Shown here: in pieces, positions 45,441-54,372 of the stretch
How the letters are laid out: every line of letters begins with the position of its first letter
Position numbering within the stretch: position 1 is the first letter of the stretch
Sequence record: NC_021531.1
Length of the DNA stretch: 64,000 nt
Direction: 5' to 3' (one strand)
Program-made: the position numbers and the translations under genes
Notes under the pieces: model-generated
What the model was told of the DNA's origin: nothing
Database searches by the model: none
What the model saw: only the letters and a program-made list of their open reading frames with translations

Positions 45441-45989
45441 ATGGATATTGCAGCCATTGTCACGAAGAAAGAACTCTTTATCCGCAGTGTCCATTGGGCC
45501 GCAGGTTTACCACAGCCGTTAAACATGGATGTCTGCTATACGCCATTCGGCTTTATTTTCCCCAGCAATAATTTCCAACCTGTTATCGATGCATTAAATA
45601 CAAAACAGGTTGATGCTATGGCGTCCGGTTTGTTACGTTGGGCTATCTTAACCCATGACAATGAACTCCGTTTCGGACGGATTAATTCGGAGTTCTGGAC
45701 ACTTAATACTGTATCCAAAGACCAGCGGTTTTATTGTTTTGCAGATGAGGCAGAATCGCATTATTTGGCGGTAATGATTCACCTGATGTCCAGTAACGTT
45801 ATCGAAGAAGAGATGCAGTTGAAAGACACTGCCCCTCAGCTGTTACGTCGACTGCGTAAACACTGGCCGTTAGTTGGCGACTATCTGAAGTTCAACCGTA
45901 ACGAAATCGTAGCAGAGTTAAACAAACGCTATCCTCATCCTGAAGAGATTCTTTTCCATTCTAAATTCACACGAGTAATCAAAGACTAA
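45441..45989 (+). CDS. hypothetical protein
   Basis: GAGG SD; 182 aa. Confidence 0.7.
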   Translation: MDIAAIVTKKELFIRSVHWAAGLPQPLNMDVCYTPFGFIFPSNNFQPVIDALNTKQVDAMASGLLRWAILTHDNELRFGRINSEFWTLNTVSKDQRFYCFADEAESHYLAVMIHLMSSNVIEEEMQLKDTAPQLLRRLRKHWPLVGDYLKFNRNEIVAELNKRYPHPEEILFHSKFTRVIKD

Positions 45990-45990
45990 T

Positions 45991-46737
45991 ATGGCTAAAT
46001 CTAAATCCCCACGTAAAAAGAAACCCGCTAACTCCAAACACGCTGCGCGTCACATCGTGCTGGCTATCAAAGCGGCGTATAACAAGCTGTTCTTCATGGG
46101 TTCATCTAACTGCCCTATTCAGGCGTTCAAGACCAATACCCTGCGCATGCACCTGAAACCGAACGACGTGCGTTTGGCTATCCCAACGCTGTTGGATGAG
46201 CTACGCTTCTTCCCACGTGACTGGCATCTGTGGGTCGGGGTGTTCTGCGAGAAAGACGGCGAGCAGTGGGTTGAAACCTCCGTTTGTAAAATGCCACAGT
46301 TCGTTATCAAAGACTTCTCTGACAACGCTGAACATATCGTTCGCGGGGTAATGGCAGAAGAGGCGGTAGAACACATGGTCGGTTATGCGTATTTGGTCGC
46401 GCCTAACGATTACTACAACCTTGAAGTCATGTCCGATGCGTTGTGTGATGAATGGGTTGAAGCGAAAATCTTCGACAAGTCAACACACCTGGACAAAGAC
46501 CTGCTCAAAATGAACGAGCACGATATCGCCGCCGCCTTCATGGGCTTACCGAACTTTGTCATGAAATCCCGTGACAAAATCGTGCAGAAAACTATCGAGC
46601 GTCTGGAGGCGAAAGGGGTGAAGGTGACTGAAGAGTTTGTCCAATCTCACTTCGACCAGGAAGAGATAGTCACCGCGTTAGTACCCGGAACCACGCAACG
46701 TAACCCGTTCAGTCTGGACAAAGGAAATCCGCTATGA
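45991..46737 (+). CDS. hypothetical protein with basic N-terminus
   Basis: MAKSKSPRKKKP; 248 aa. Confidence 0.75.
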   Translation: MAKSKSPRKKKPANSKHAARHIVLAIKAAYNKLFFMGSSNCPIQAFKTNTLRMHLKPNDVRLAIPTLLDELRFFPRDWHLWVGVFCEKDGEQWVETSVCKMPQFVIKDFSDNAEHIVRGVMAEEAVEHMVGYAYLVAPNDYYNLEVMSDALCDEWVEAKIFDKSTHLDKDLLKMNEHDIAAAFMGLPNFVMKSRDKIVQKTIERLEAKGVKVTEEFVQSHFDQEEIVTALVPGTTQRNPFSLDKGNPL

Positions 46738-46967
46738 TTGGTGCGCAATATAATGACCCTTCTCATCCTGATTATGTCCCCGCGCTACAACGGGTGATGT
46801 CTTTGGCGAAAGAGAAAAAACATGATGTGACTATTGTCTACTCAGGTTCGCAAGATGCATGGAGCGTTGATATCGGTAACGACTATTATAGTCGAGTTTT
46901 GCCTACTGCAAACAACACGCTCTCTGAAGTGATGGCTACCACGATTAACCATCTCGAAAAGCTTTAA
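46734..46967 (+). CDS. small hypothetical protein
   Basis: ATGA overlap; AAGGA SD; hairpin 46982-47002 follows. Confidence 0.7.
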   Translation: MIGAQYNDPSHPDYVPALQRVMSLAKEKKHDVTIVYSGSQDAWSVDIGNDYYSRVLPTANNTLSEVMATTINHLEKL

Positions 46968-47032
46968 AAAATACATTTATACCCCTTACTTTGTGTAAGG
47001 GGATATAGTTATTTTCTTCGTGGAGAAGTCAA

Positions 47033-47353
47033 ATGAAAAAGAAACTGTTGCTACTTTTGCCGCTCATCGCGCTGGCAGGGTGCGATACAGCTCCAACCAA
47101 CGCTTATCAAGACCAGGCGTTACGGCGTCAGATTTTCAAAGAGTGTCTGGAGTCAATTCCGAAAGGTCCGGAAAAGATTGATAACTCTAACGACTGGCAG
47201 GAAGTAGTGGAAGAGTGCGGTGACCAAGCCGACAAAATGTCTTCTTTCAATGTTGAGATTCCGGGCAACACTGGCGGCCAGACGTACTACTTTAACGACA
47301 ACATTAAGAGTGGCGAAGAAAAGCCACGTGAAAGCTGGAAACCGCAACTATGA
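47033..47353 (+). CDS. lipoprotein
   Basis: MKKK, hydrophobic core, lipobox LAG-C-D. Confidence 0.85.
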   Translation: MKKKLLLLLPLIALAGCDTAPTNAYQDQALRRQIFKECLESIPKGPEKIDNSNDWQEVVEECGDQADKMSSFNVEIPGNTGGQTYYFNDNIKSGEEKPRESWKPQL

Positions 47354-47607
47354 AAACAACCTTACTCGCAATTACAGTCGCAGTATTGTCACTGACCGCT
47401 TGTGACCAGAATAAAAAGCAAGCAGTGTACCAGACAGATGAGGTCAAGGAAGAACGTTTGTATCTGGCGTGTCTGGACGCAGTAAAGGTGAAAGTAAAAG
47501 CTGGTGAAGACAATCTTGAAGATGGTATCACTGCATGCCGTACTAACGCTAACGCACTTTCCTCCAAACTGGTTTATGTTCATGCTGATGGTAAAAATGC
47601 TCGTTAA
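47350..47607 (+). CDS. lipoprotein, paralogue of the previous gene
   Basis: MK, hydrophobic core, lipobox LTA-C-D; shared two-Cys pattern. Confidence 0.85.
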   Translation: MKTTLLAITVAVLSLTACDQNKKQAVYQTDEVKEERLYLACLDAVKVKVKAGEDNLEDGITACRTNANALSSKLVYVHADGKNAR

Positions 47608-47695
47608 GACTGGCGCGTACGCTGTCGGTACTGTCGGAGTTGTCGTGGGGTCTGCGTTCTGCGTATACCTGCTTTCTTATTACGTTATTGTGTAA
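47597..47695 (+). CDS. micro membrane peptide (32 aa)
   Basis: Overlaps the lipoprotein stop; almost wholly hydrophobic. Confidence 0.45.
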   Translation: MLVKTGAYAVGTVGVVVGSAFCVYLLSYYVIV

Positions 47696-47741
47696 ACTGT
47701 CACCTGCCTACTATGTGTGGGCGGGTACTAGAGGATAAAAA

Positions 47742-49805
47742 ATGAAAGGTCCGAACGGAATTATGTCTCCCGTTGAGATGGTAAGCGTTTTTGATAAGTC
47801 AGTGCGTGGGCAGGAGGAGGCGAAACGTCAATTGTCTATTGCGCTCTTTAACCGTCATCGACGTGCAAAGCTGTCTGCAGAAGACCGCAAGTACGTCAAG
47901 AAACAGAACATCCTCATCGAAGGGCCAACTGGTTCTGGTAAGACGGCGTTAATGCGTGTACTGCGCGAAGACTTCGGTCTGCCGGTGTTGGAAGTTGACA
48001 TTACGGAATATAGCGAAGCAGGTTATCACGGTAAGTCAGTTGACGACATGATTAAAGAGTTGCAGGGTATCGATTTCCGTGTGCCGAAGTGGTTTAACGA
48101 GAAGCCGCCGGTTAAGAAAGCTGAACCTGTTAAGCTTGAAAGCAACAATGACAGCTTCGACCCAACGTTCGTTCGCGATAAAAAGACGGCGCGTGAAATC
48201 TTCATTGCGATGCGTATTATGCTCATCGGCATGGTGGGTGCACGGGTTTATCCGATGCATGTTTTCAGTGACCCTAACGCAGGCTCTATGCTACATCGTA
48301 CCGTGGAAGAAAACGCCGAAGAAAATCCAGATGAACTGATTCGTTTCTTCCGTCGCGGTGTTGATTTGGTCATGTCCAAAGATATCCCGTTGACCGGTAA
48401 GTTCATGGAGCTGGCTAACCACACCGCCGAGTCACTGATGACCATGGACGAAATCGGCAACCCTGAAGCGGAAATCACCGACGAGTTCTTTGCCAAGTTC
48501 CTACTGCCGCAGCAAACACTGGTTGGGATGGTCAGTTCATTAGTGAACCTTGACGTAGCAGACTACAACGCGATTTGGGATATCAAAGTCCCTTATCAGG
48601 AAATCAACGAGTGGCCGAGCAGTGATTTAGCTGGCGACAAGTCAGGTTTCTATCGTGAGCGTTTGAAAGCAGCCATGGTTGCGTATTTCTTCCGTGCGCT
48701 CATCGCGGGTCTGATTAAGACCGGTGTCAGCAAAGTAGAAGACCACGCTAGCAAGACAATGGCCATGCAGCGTTATAACGGCAAAGACATGGCGAAAGAA
48801 GTCGCGTCGATGTTCGGGTTGGGCTTTGATGCTGCAGCGCAGTCTCAGGAGAAACTGAAAGAGCAGGTTCGCGCAGGTATGCCTTGTATGGCGCAGGAAC
48901 GTGTTATTCAACTGGGCCGTAGTTTCCGGGCGTGGACTAACCAATTGTCCAAACTCAAGATGGTTGGTGAGTCGAAGGTTATCTTCCCGGCGAAGATGAC
49001 TGCCGCGTGGGAAGAGTTGAAAGAAATGTCTTTCGATGATTTCTGGAAGCTGGCCACTGCAGAGATTGCCCAACGCAGCGCTAAACAGATTCGTGAAGAC
49101 GTTCAACACGCGTCATTAATCTTTGCACCGAATGCGGACACGCCTGATTTTGGTGGGATGACATTCCGTCCAATGGGTCGTCCAATGGGTGGTTTGGGCA
49201 TTCCGGGACTGGGCCACATCTTTGGCATGGGTGGTGGGGCATCAGTGTCAGGCGATAGCAAAGAGTTCCTTGAGAACTTTGCTGTGGTCTTCATTGATGA
49301 AATCGATAAACTGATTCAGGAACCGGGCCGTTCGGGAGATGTTTCTCGAATGGGTGTGCAACGTGGGCTGTTAAAACTGGTAGAAGGGGGTGTGTACGCA
49401 GGTATTGATACATCCAACATTCTGTTTGTTGGTGCAGGCGCGTTTTCCGGGACTTCCCCCGCCAAGCTGTTGCCTGAACTCGTTGGTCGCTTCCCAATTC
49501 GCGCACGTCTTAAAGCATTGACGAACGAAGACTATGTGGCCATCTGTAAACTGGAGCGTTCTCCGTTCAACATGTATTGTAAGATGCTGGGAACGGATGA
49601 GGTGAAGGTCAAATACGACGAAGATACATTCGAATACATTGCTCAGTTAACCGAGCTTGAGAACCAAGAGTTCAATCTTGGCGCTCGTCGTATTGAAGGT
49701 ATTATCGAACGTGTTTTTGCGCCGGCTATGTTCGAGCCGGAGAAATATTTAGAACACGGATTTGATATTCGTGGTGAAACACTCCGTAAAACCTTAAGAG
49801 GCTAA
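47742..49805 (+). CDS. hslU: HslU (ClpY)-like AAA+ unfoldase with expanded I-domain
   Basis: GQEEAKR..SIALFNRHRR, NILIEGPTGSGKT, VFIDEIDK, VSRMGVQRGLLKLVEG, TSNILF...GAF, LLPELVGRFPIR, NLGARR. Confidence 0.88.
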   Translation: MKGPNGIMSPVEMVSVFDKSVRGQEEAKRQLSIALFNRHRRAKLSAEDRKYVKKQNILIEGPTGSGKTALMRVLREDFGLPVLEVDITEYSEAGYHGKSVDDMIKELQGIDFRVPKWFNEKPPVKKAEPVKLESNNDSFDPTFVRDKKTAREIFIAMRIMLIGMVGARVYPMHVFSDPNAGSMLHRTVEENAEENPDELIRFFRRGVDLVMSKDIPLTGKFMELANHTAESLMTMDEIGNPEAEITDEFFAKFLLPQQTLVGMVSSLVNLDVADYNAIWDIKVPYQEINEWPSSDLAGDKSGFYRERLKAAMVAYFFRALIAGLIKTGVSKVEDHASKTMAMQRYNGKDMAKEVASMFGLGFDAAAQSQEKLKEQVRAGMPCMAQERVIQLGRSFRAWTNQLSKLKMVGESKVIFPAKMTAAWEELKEMSFDDFWKLATAEIAQRSAKQIREDVQHASLIFAPNADTPDFGGMTFRPMGRPMGGLGIPGLGHIFGMGGGASVSGDSKEFLENFAVVFIDEIDKLIQEPGRSGDVSRMGVQRGLLKLVEGGVYAGIDTSNILFVGAGAFSGTSPAKLLPELVGRFPIRARLKALTNEDYVAICKLERSPFNMYCKMLGTDEVKVKYDEDTFEYIAQLTELENQEFNLGARRIEGIIERVFAPAMFEPEKYLEHGFDIRGETLRKTLRG

Positions 49806-49810
49806 GCATC

Positions 49811-50851
49811 ATGCAATTTGCAACTGTCGAAGAACTGCAATCTTTCTTGGCGAGTTCTTCTATAAACGAGCGCATGAACTGGGCCAGAGAAATGCTCATT
49901 AATAACGATGGTTGGCTGACCTTTACGGTTCCCAACCTTATCGATATTGGTGACGACCTTGTAGCGGCGAATTGCCGCTCTTGGGGCGGGAAACAAAAGC
50001 GTGCCGCACGCCTGACTTTCACCCGCCACGATAGCTTTCTCTGGAGTGACATTGTTTATAACCGGGCATTGCGCCAGACGTCGGATTCGTATTTTTCCTC
50101 GATGTACCGCAACGCAGCAGAAACTTTTCGTCACGCCACTGACGCGTCTATTATCGAAATCGTATACATAATTGCGAGAAAGTTAATGGACACCAAAGAA
50201 GAGTACAACATGGTTTACGAGTTTCGTGACTGTGCTGATAAACTCTTCGCCCATTTTGAGTTGCCGCGCAAACCTGACCAGCGCCGTAGCATTCAGGCAA
50301 TTCTTTTACTGGCACGTATGTTTCCCGGCCGTGAGATTAAGGTTGGGGATTTTGAATGGCAGAAACAATTCTCTGAGTTACTCCCGGAGGACAGTGCGCC
50401 GGCGAAGTTGTTGCGTACGCAAATGGAAGACGGTGTCGCGTGGCAGCAGACCGGCAGTTCCCATAGCGAGACTGGCTTAAGTTTCAGCTACACTACGTTG
50501 GGTCTTTCTGCAGGTAACCGCTCTGAAATACGCGTCGTATTTGAAAACTGCAACCGTAGTCATCCTGATACCTTTTCGAATTTGCTCGACGCGGGTACCA
50601 ATATCCAACGTGAGCTATTAGGGGGTATCACGGACATCCTGAAACGTGAGTGCGTCTATTACGGTGTGGACGTGCAGAACGTGCAGCGGGACATCCGTCT
50701 GTACCTCCGTGAGAAGGGGTACAAACTCGATGTGGGGGGAACAACGACGATGTCAATGCCGTTAGCAGGGTCAGTGTTCCCACAGGCCGTACAGGTGTTC
50801 AAGGTAGACCTTACCCATGAAAGCCTACACGATAAGCCTGTCGAAGCATAG
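49811..50851 (+). CDS. hypothetical protein
   Basis: 346 aa directly after hslU. Confidence 0.75.
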   Translation: MQFATVEELQSFLASSSINERMNWAREMLINNDGWLTFTVPNLIDIGDDLVAANCRSWGGKQKRAARLTFTRHDSFLWSDIVYNRALRQTSDSYFSSMYRNAAETFRHATDASIIEIVYIIARKLMDTKEEYNMVYEFRDCADKLFAHFELPRKPDQRRSIQAILLLARMFPGREIKVGDFEWQKQFSELLPEDSAPAKLLRTQMEDGVAWQQTGSSHSETGLSFSYTTLGLSAGNRSEIRVVFENCNRSHPDTFSNLLDAGTNIQRELLGGITDILKRECVYYGVDVQNVQRDIRLYLREKGYKLDVGGTTTMSMPLAGSVFPQAVQVFKVDLTHESLHDKPVEA

Positions 50852-51203
50852 AGTCGCGAAGGGGAAAGGAATCCCCTTAGTTGACATCACCGTAAAGTCT
50901 GGCATAAAGGAATTTGCACCCGATTGGGATTTCTTGATGGAGTACAAGAAGTCAAATCAGGATGCAGAAGCCCAAGCGATTTATACTGAGAAATATTACG
51001 CCAAACTTAATAGAGTATGGCGGGAGAAACCCCAGTTATTTTTATCTCTGTTTGAACAATACCCGGACGAAGTAGCATATGCCTGTTACTGTCCAGAACA
51101 TGCCTGTTTTTGCCACCGCTTCCTTTTCGTTAAAGGGCTAGCGAAAATGGCAAGTAAACTAAACCTCCCGTTCGAAGACGGAGGTGAACTCACAGCAAAT
51201 TAA
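50817..51203 (+). CDS. DUF488-like protein
   Basis: DITVKSG..EFAPDWD, YTEKY...L, ACYC.....FCHR motif. Confidence 0.7.
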   Translation: MKAYTISLSKHRVAKGKGIPLVDITVKSGIKEFAPDWDFLMEYKKSNQDAEAQAIYTEKYYAKLNRVWREKPQLFLSLFEQYPDEVAYACYCPEHACFCHRFLFVKGLAKMASKLNLPFEDGGELTAN

Positions 51204-51220
51204 ACCGTGGAGCATTAGCG

Positions 51221-51739
51221 ATGGAACTGAACTTTTACACACCGCGCGAAAAAGCGTATCTGAACGGCCAGATTCAGGCGGGGAAAGCCAACATTAATAT
51301 CGAACCCCTGAAAGAAATCGTGGCCCGTAAATTCCCGAACGATAACTGGGACCGTATATATTTTGTAGCAAAGGCCGTAGGCAATGCCTTGGCTAGTCTG
51401 GCGGCGATGAATACCTGCCACCGCGATAAATGGGAATGGTATGTACCAAAGACCCCATCGAGCATTTACATCGATGGATTTCAGCATCCCATCTACACCG
51501 TGGCGCACAACAAAGCGGCAAGTGATTTGCTGAAAGTCATTTGGGACCGTCCGCGCCGTGAACTCGTCGCAGCAGTTGAAGTATTAAAAGAAGCCGGATA
51601 CGAGGGACTAACGGGAGTATGGATTGACGAAGAGGACGACAAAGGCGAATACCTCACGTTAATCTGGCACGGTAAACGTGTACCCTCCACTCGTAACATG
51701 ATCTACTTGTACAAAGGCAGTCAGGGACGTCCTAACTAA
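51221..51739 (+). CDS. hypothetical protein
   Basis: GGAG SD; 172 aa. Confidence 0.75.
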   Translation: MELNFYTPREKAYLNGQIQAGKANINIEPLKEIVARKFPNDNWDRIYFVAKAVGNALASLAAMNTCHRDKWEWYVPKTPSSIYIDGFQHPIYTVAHNKAASDLLKVIWDRPRRELVAAVEVLKEAGYEGLTGVWIDEEDDKGEYLTLIWHGKRVPSTRNMIYLYKGSQGRPN

Positions 51740-51770
51740 ACGTGACGGTCCCTGTCTGACAGGTGACCGT

Positions 51771-51980
51771 ATGTTTTCACGTTTGTTTTGGTGTATCGTC
51801 CAGCGAGTGAATAAGCGTAATGCTGAACTCATGAAGCGAAACAATGACCTGACCGCTATGCTGAATAGCGAGAAGCTCGCACACGTCCAGACAAAGGATG
51901 AAGTATTGGGACTCAAAGAGATTATTGCCCGGCACGAAGTGGGTATGGCGGACTTAGTAAGGAAGCTTGACAATGTGTGA
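51771..51980 (+). CDS. small coiled-coil protein
   Basis: AGGTG SD inside a hairpin; heptad-rich. Confidence 0.6.
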   Translation: MFSRLFWCIVQRVNKRNAELMKRNNDLTAMLNSEKLAHVQTKDEVLGLKEIIARHEVGMADLVRKLDNV

Positions 51981-52317
51981 TTTGTGCAAGTTTTTAGACG
52001 ACGGGGTACTGGACCAACTCCATACCTCGTTAGTAGTGGTTCAGATGCTGCCTCAAAAGGGTTGGCGTCAGCGCAAAATGTCAGTCCGCATTATGTCGCT
52101 TCTAACGCGCTACAACGCGCTGAAAGATTTAATGGTAGAAAGACTCGAAGCGGACTATCAAACGTCCTTAGAACGCTATAGGGAAGACCCTAATCAGCGT
52201 AACGAGCTCTTCTTTAGAGAACTGCAACACGCCCGCTCGCAATGGCTGATTAAGCTCGGTGAAATCAAAAAGATGATTGCGAACGCGGAGCCGTGGCTGA
52301 CCGTAATGGAGGCGTGA
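51973..52317 (+). CDS. hypothetical protein
   Basis: AAGGA SD; overlaps upstream stop. Confidence 0.65.
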   Translation: MCDLCKFLDDGVLDQLHTSLVVVQMLPQKGWRQRKMSVRIMSLLTRYNALKDLMVERLEADYQTSLERYREDPNQRNELFFRELQHARSQWLIKLGEIKKMIANAEPWLTVMEA

Positions 52318-52601
52318 TGGTAGACGGTCGTTTGTTGTTAAACGATATCATGCTTGGTAAGAAAATTGAGGATACGCACGAGAATGCTGACGCATTACTC
52401 CAGATGTTTATCCCACTCACCTCCGAGCATTATGAAATCCTCCCGATTGGCGTCGAGTATATTTTCCGTTCTCGCGACAAAAAATATGAAGCCGCCCGCT
52501 ACCCGCGGACGTTGGGTGGTCTGATTTTACTCCAGGCTCAGTTCGAAGGTGCGTTGGCGAGAATCCTCGTCTACTACGCAACTGGCGGGCAGGGGTTTTA
52601 A
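52317..52601 (+). CDS. hypothetical protein
   Basis: TGATG overlap; GGAGG SD. Confidence 0.65.
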   Translation: MVDGRLLLNDIMLGKKIEDTHENADALLQMFIPLTSEHYEILPIGVEYIFRSRDKKYEAARYPRTLGGLILLQAQFEGALARILVYYATGGQGF

Positions 52602-52606
52602 TCGTG

Positions 52607-52641
52607 GGAGCCTTCGGGCTCCTTACCCTTTTATTTTTTTG
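52607..52641 (+). terminator. intrinsic terminator, UUCG loop
   Basis: ggagcc-ttcg-ggctcc plus T tract. Confidence 0.85.
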
Positions 52642-52711
52642 TCTTCTCGACTTAACCCTATTCGTATGTATCCACGAGTTACTTTTTAACTTTGTCATAA
52701 GGCGCTTCAAG

Positions 52712-53512
52712 ATGAGGTCAGGCACATTAGAGAATTTAATCTCGCTAATTAATCTCGCTAACTCAGCTGAAACACCCATCGCACTTGAAGATGTCGACGT
52801 TTCAGCACCGTACGAGGTTAACAAAGACGGCTGTAATACCGAGGTAGAAGTTACCGTTAAGCCGTCCTATTTCCCTCTGCGTGGGAAGCAGACGTTTCGT
52901 TATAATCGTCTCCCCATTGGTACAGTGGTAAAAGGTGATTTGGAGCTGTACATGGACCCTGAGATGCGGAACAGTTACGACATGATTCCGTTCTTAAACC
53001 AACAGCTCGGTATTGAACTGACTGAAAGCGACGTCATTAACGACCCGGTGGTGGGCGAGCAGCATACCTTCCGTGCTGCGTCCACATCTTACCAATGGAA
53101 CGACATGGCGTTGGTGTTGTTAAAGCAAGCGACACCGTTGGATGAGGTTATCCTCGCGACGGAGCTTGACGGCTTGAAATATCCTGACACGCAAGAACCA
53201 AAAGGGCAGGCATCAATTTATTCCTACGGGGTGGATTGCTCGCACATCGCATCGTTCCTTTGGGTAATGGCAGCAGGTATTGATTTTGACGACACGGCGT
53301 TGGCGGTGGAGTTCAACAAAGTTGTCCCTGAAGTATGGGTTTCAGTTCCCGAGCCGGCTCCTTGGAACCTGCGTGACTCGAAGTGTGTCTACGAAGGGTT
53401 AACCTCCAGACTGCCCGGTGCCAATACTGACTTCCAACGCGTAGTGTCCATTGAGTTAGGTGCGCTTTGCACGAACTTTGCAGGCACTCTTAACCTACAT
53501 TACAACCCGTGA
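52712..53512 (+). CDS. tail/baseplate paralogue family protein 1
   Basis: Family pattern LIN..N / NT.V / Y.RL / LN...G..L...D / L..V..LDGL.YP / Y.YG.D / G.L.LHYN; start at 52712 rather than 52604. Confidence 0.75.
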   Translation: MRSGTLENLISLINLANSAETPIALEDVDVSAPYEVNKDGCNTEVEVTVKPSYFPLRGKQTFRYNRLPIGTVVKGDLELYMDPEMRNSYDMIPFLNQQLGIELTESDVINDPVVGEQHTFRAASTSYQWNDMALVLLKQATPLDEVILATELDGLKYPDTQEPKGQASIYSYGVDCSHIASFLWVMAAGIDFDDTALAVEFNKVVPEVWVSVPEPAPWNLRDSKCVYEGLTSRLPGANTDFQRVVSIELGALCTNFAGTLNLHYNP

Positions 53513-53521
53513 GGTTAGAAG

Positions 53522-54364
53522 ATGGCTAAGTACACTAAAACCTCCGACGCAATGTTGCTCGACGCGATTAATATCGAGAACAACCTGCAAAATGACCCGC
53601 TGACGTGGAATCAGATTGCAGCGGGTTTCCCAGAGAAGGTTACCACCCCAGGCGCTGACCGTAACACCCGTCTCTTGATTTACGGGTTAAAACAAGGTGG
53701 CTATAAAGGTACGGTAACTTTGCAATACGACCGTATTTCGCTGCCGGAAATCTTCCGCAATGTTACCCCTGTGGTGGTAACCGAGCCTGTCAATTTACTC
53801 AGCCAATTGTTACCTCAACTCAATAAAGCCTACGGGCTGTCCATTACTGCCGACGATATTATCGAGCAGTCTGTTGCTGGGTTGGGTGACGATTTCCTGA
53901 TTAATGTGCAGCTCCGCGCCGGGTGTTTAGCATGGGAAGGGGATTTCGAATTACGCTTTACCAAATTCCGTCCGAAATTAAAAGATATCATCGCAGACGC
54001 TGTGCTGGATGTTATCGTTGCACCGTTCCCGATGGGGGCGAAGCCTCGTGCTGAGTATGTGGCCTACGGGTACGATTACTCCACGATGGGAGAAACGTTT
54101 AAAACGTGGGCTATTAATCGGACATTGACGCAAAACGATATTGATGAACTGAACGAAACCGTGCAGGGGTTAAAGCTGGTCAACAAGACTGGTGCCAACG
54201 CCGCTGCCGGGGAGATAGCGTTGTCGGGGGCGAAAGTCACTACGATTACCAACGTTACTGAAGGCAGTTTGTTTAACGTCGCGTACGAGAAGGCAATCGT
54301 AATTACGCTGGCCACAACCAGTAACTACGAGGGTCAGCTTATCATCCACTACTCATCGCTTTAA
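53522..54364 (+). CDS. tail/baseplate paralogue family protein 2
   Basis: Same pattern, ends GQLIIHYSSL. Confidence 0.75.
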   Translation: MAKYTKTSDAMLLDAINIENNLQNDPLTWNQIAAGFPEKVTTPGADRNTRLLIYGLKQGGYKGTVTLQYDRISLPEIFRNVTPVVVTEPVNLLSQLLPQLNKAYGLSITADDIIEQSVAGLGDDFLINVQLRAGCLAWEGDFELRFTKFRPKLKDIIADAVLDVIVAPFPMGAKPRAEYVAYGYDYSTMGETFKTWAINRTLTQNDIDELNETVQGLKLVNKTGANAAAGEIALSGAKVTTITNVTEGSLFNVAYEKAIVITLATTSNYEGQLIIHYSSL

Positions 54365-54372
54365 GGATTGCT

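Noticed and set aside
47033-47607. Lipoproteins as o-spanins
   Set aside because: Not nested in or next to an i-spanin-like gene, not Pro-rich, carry the Asp+2 retention signal, and lie far from the endolysin.
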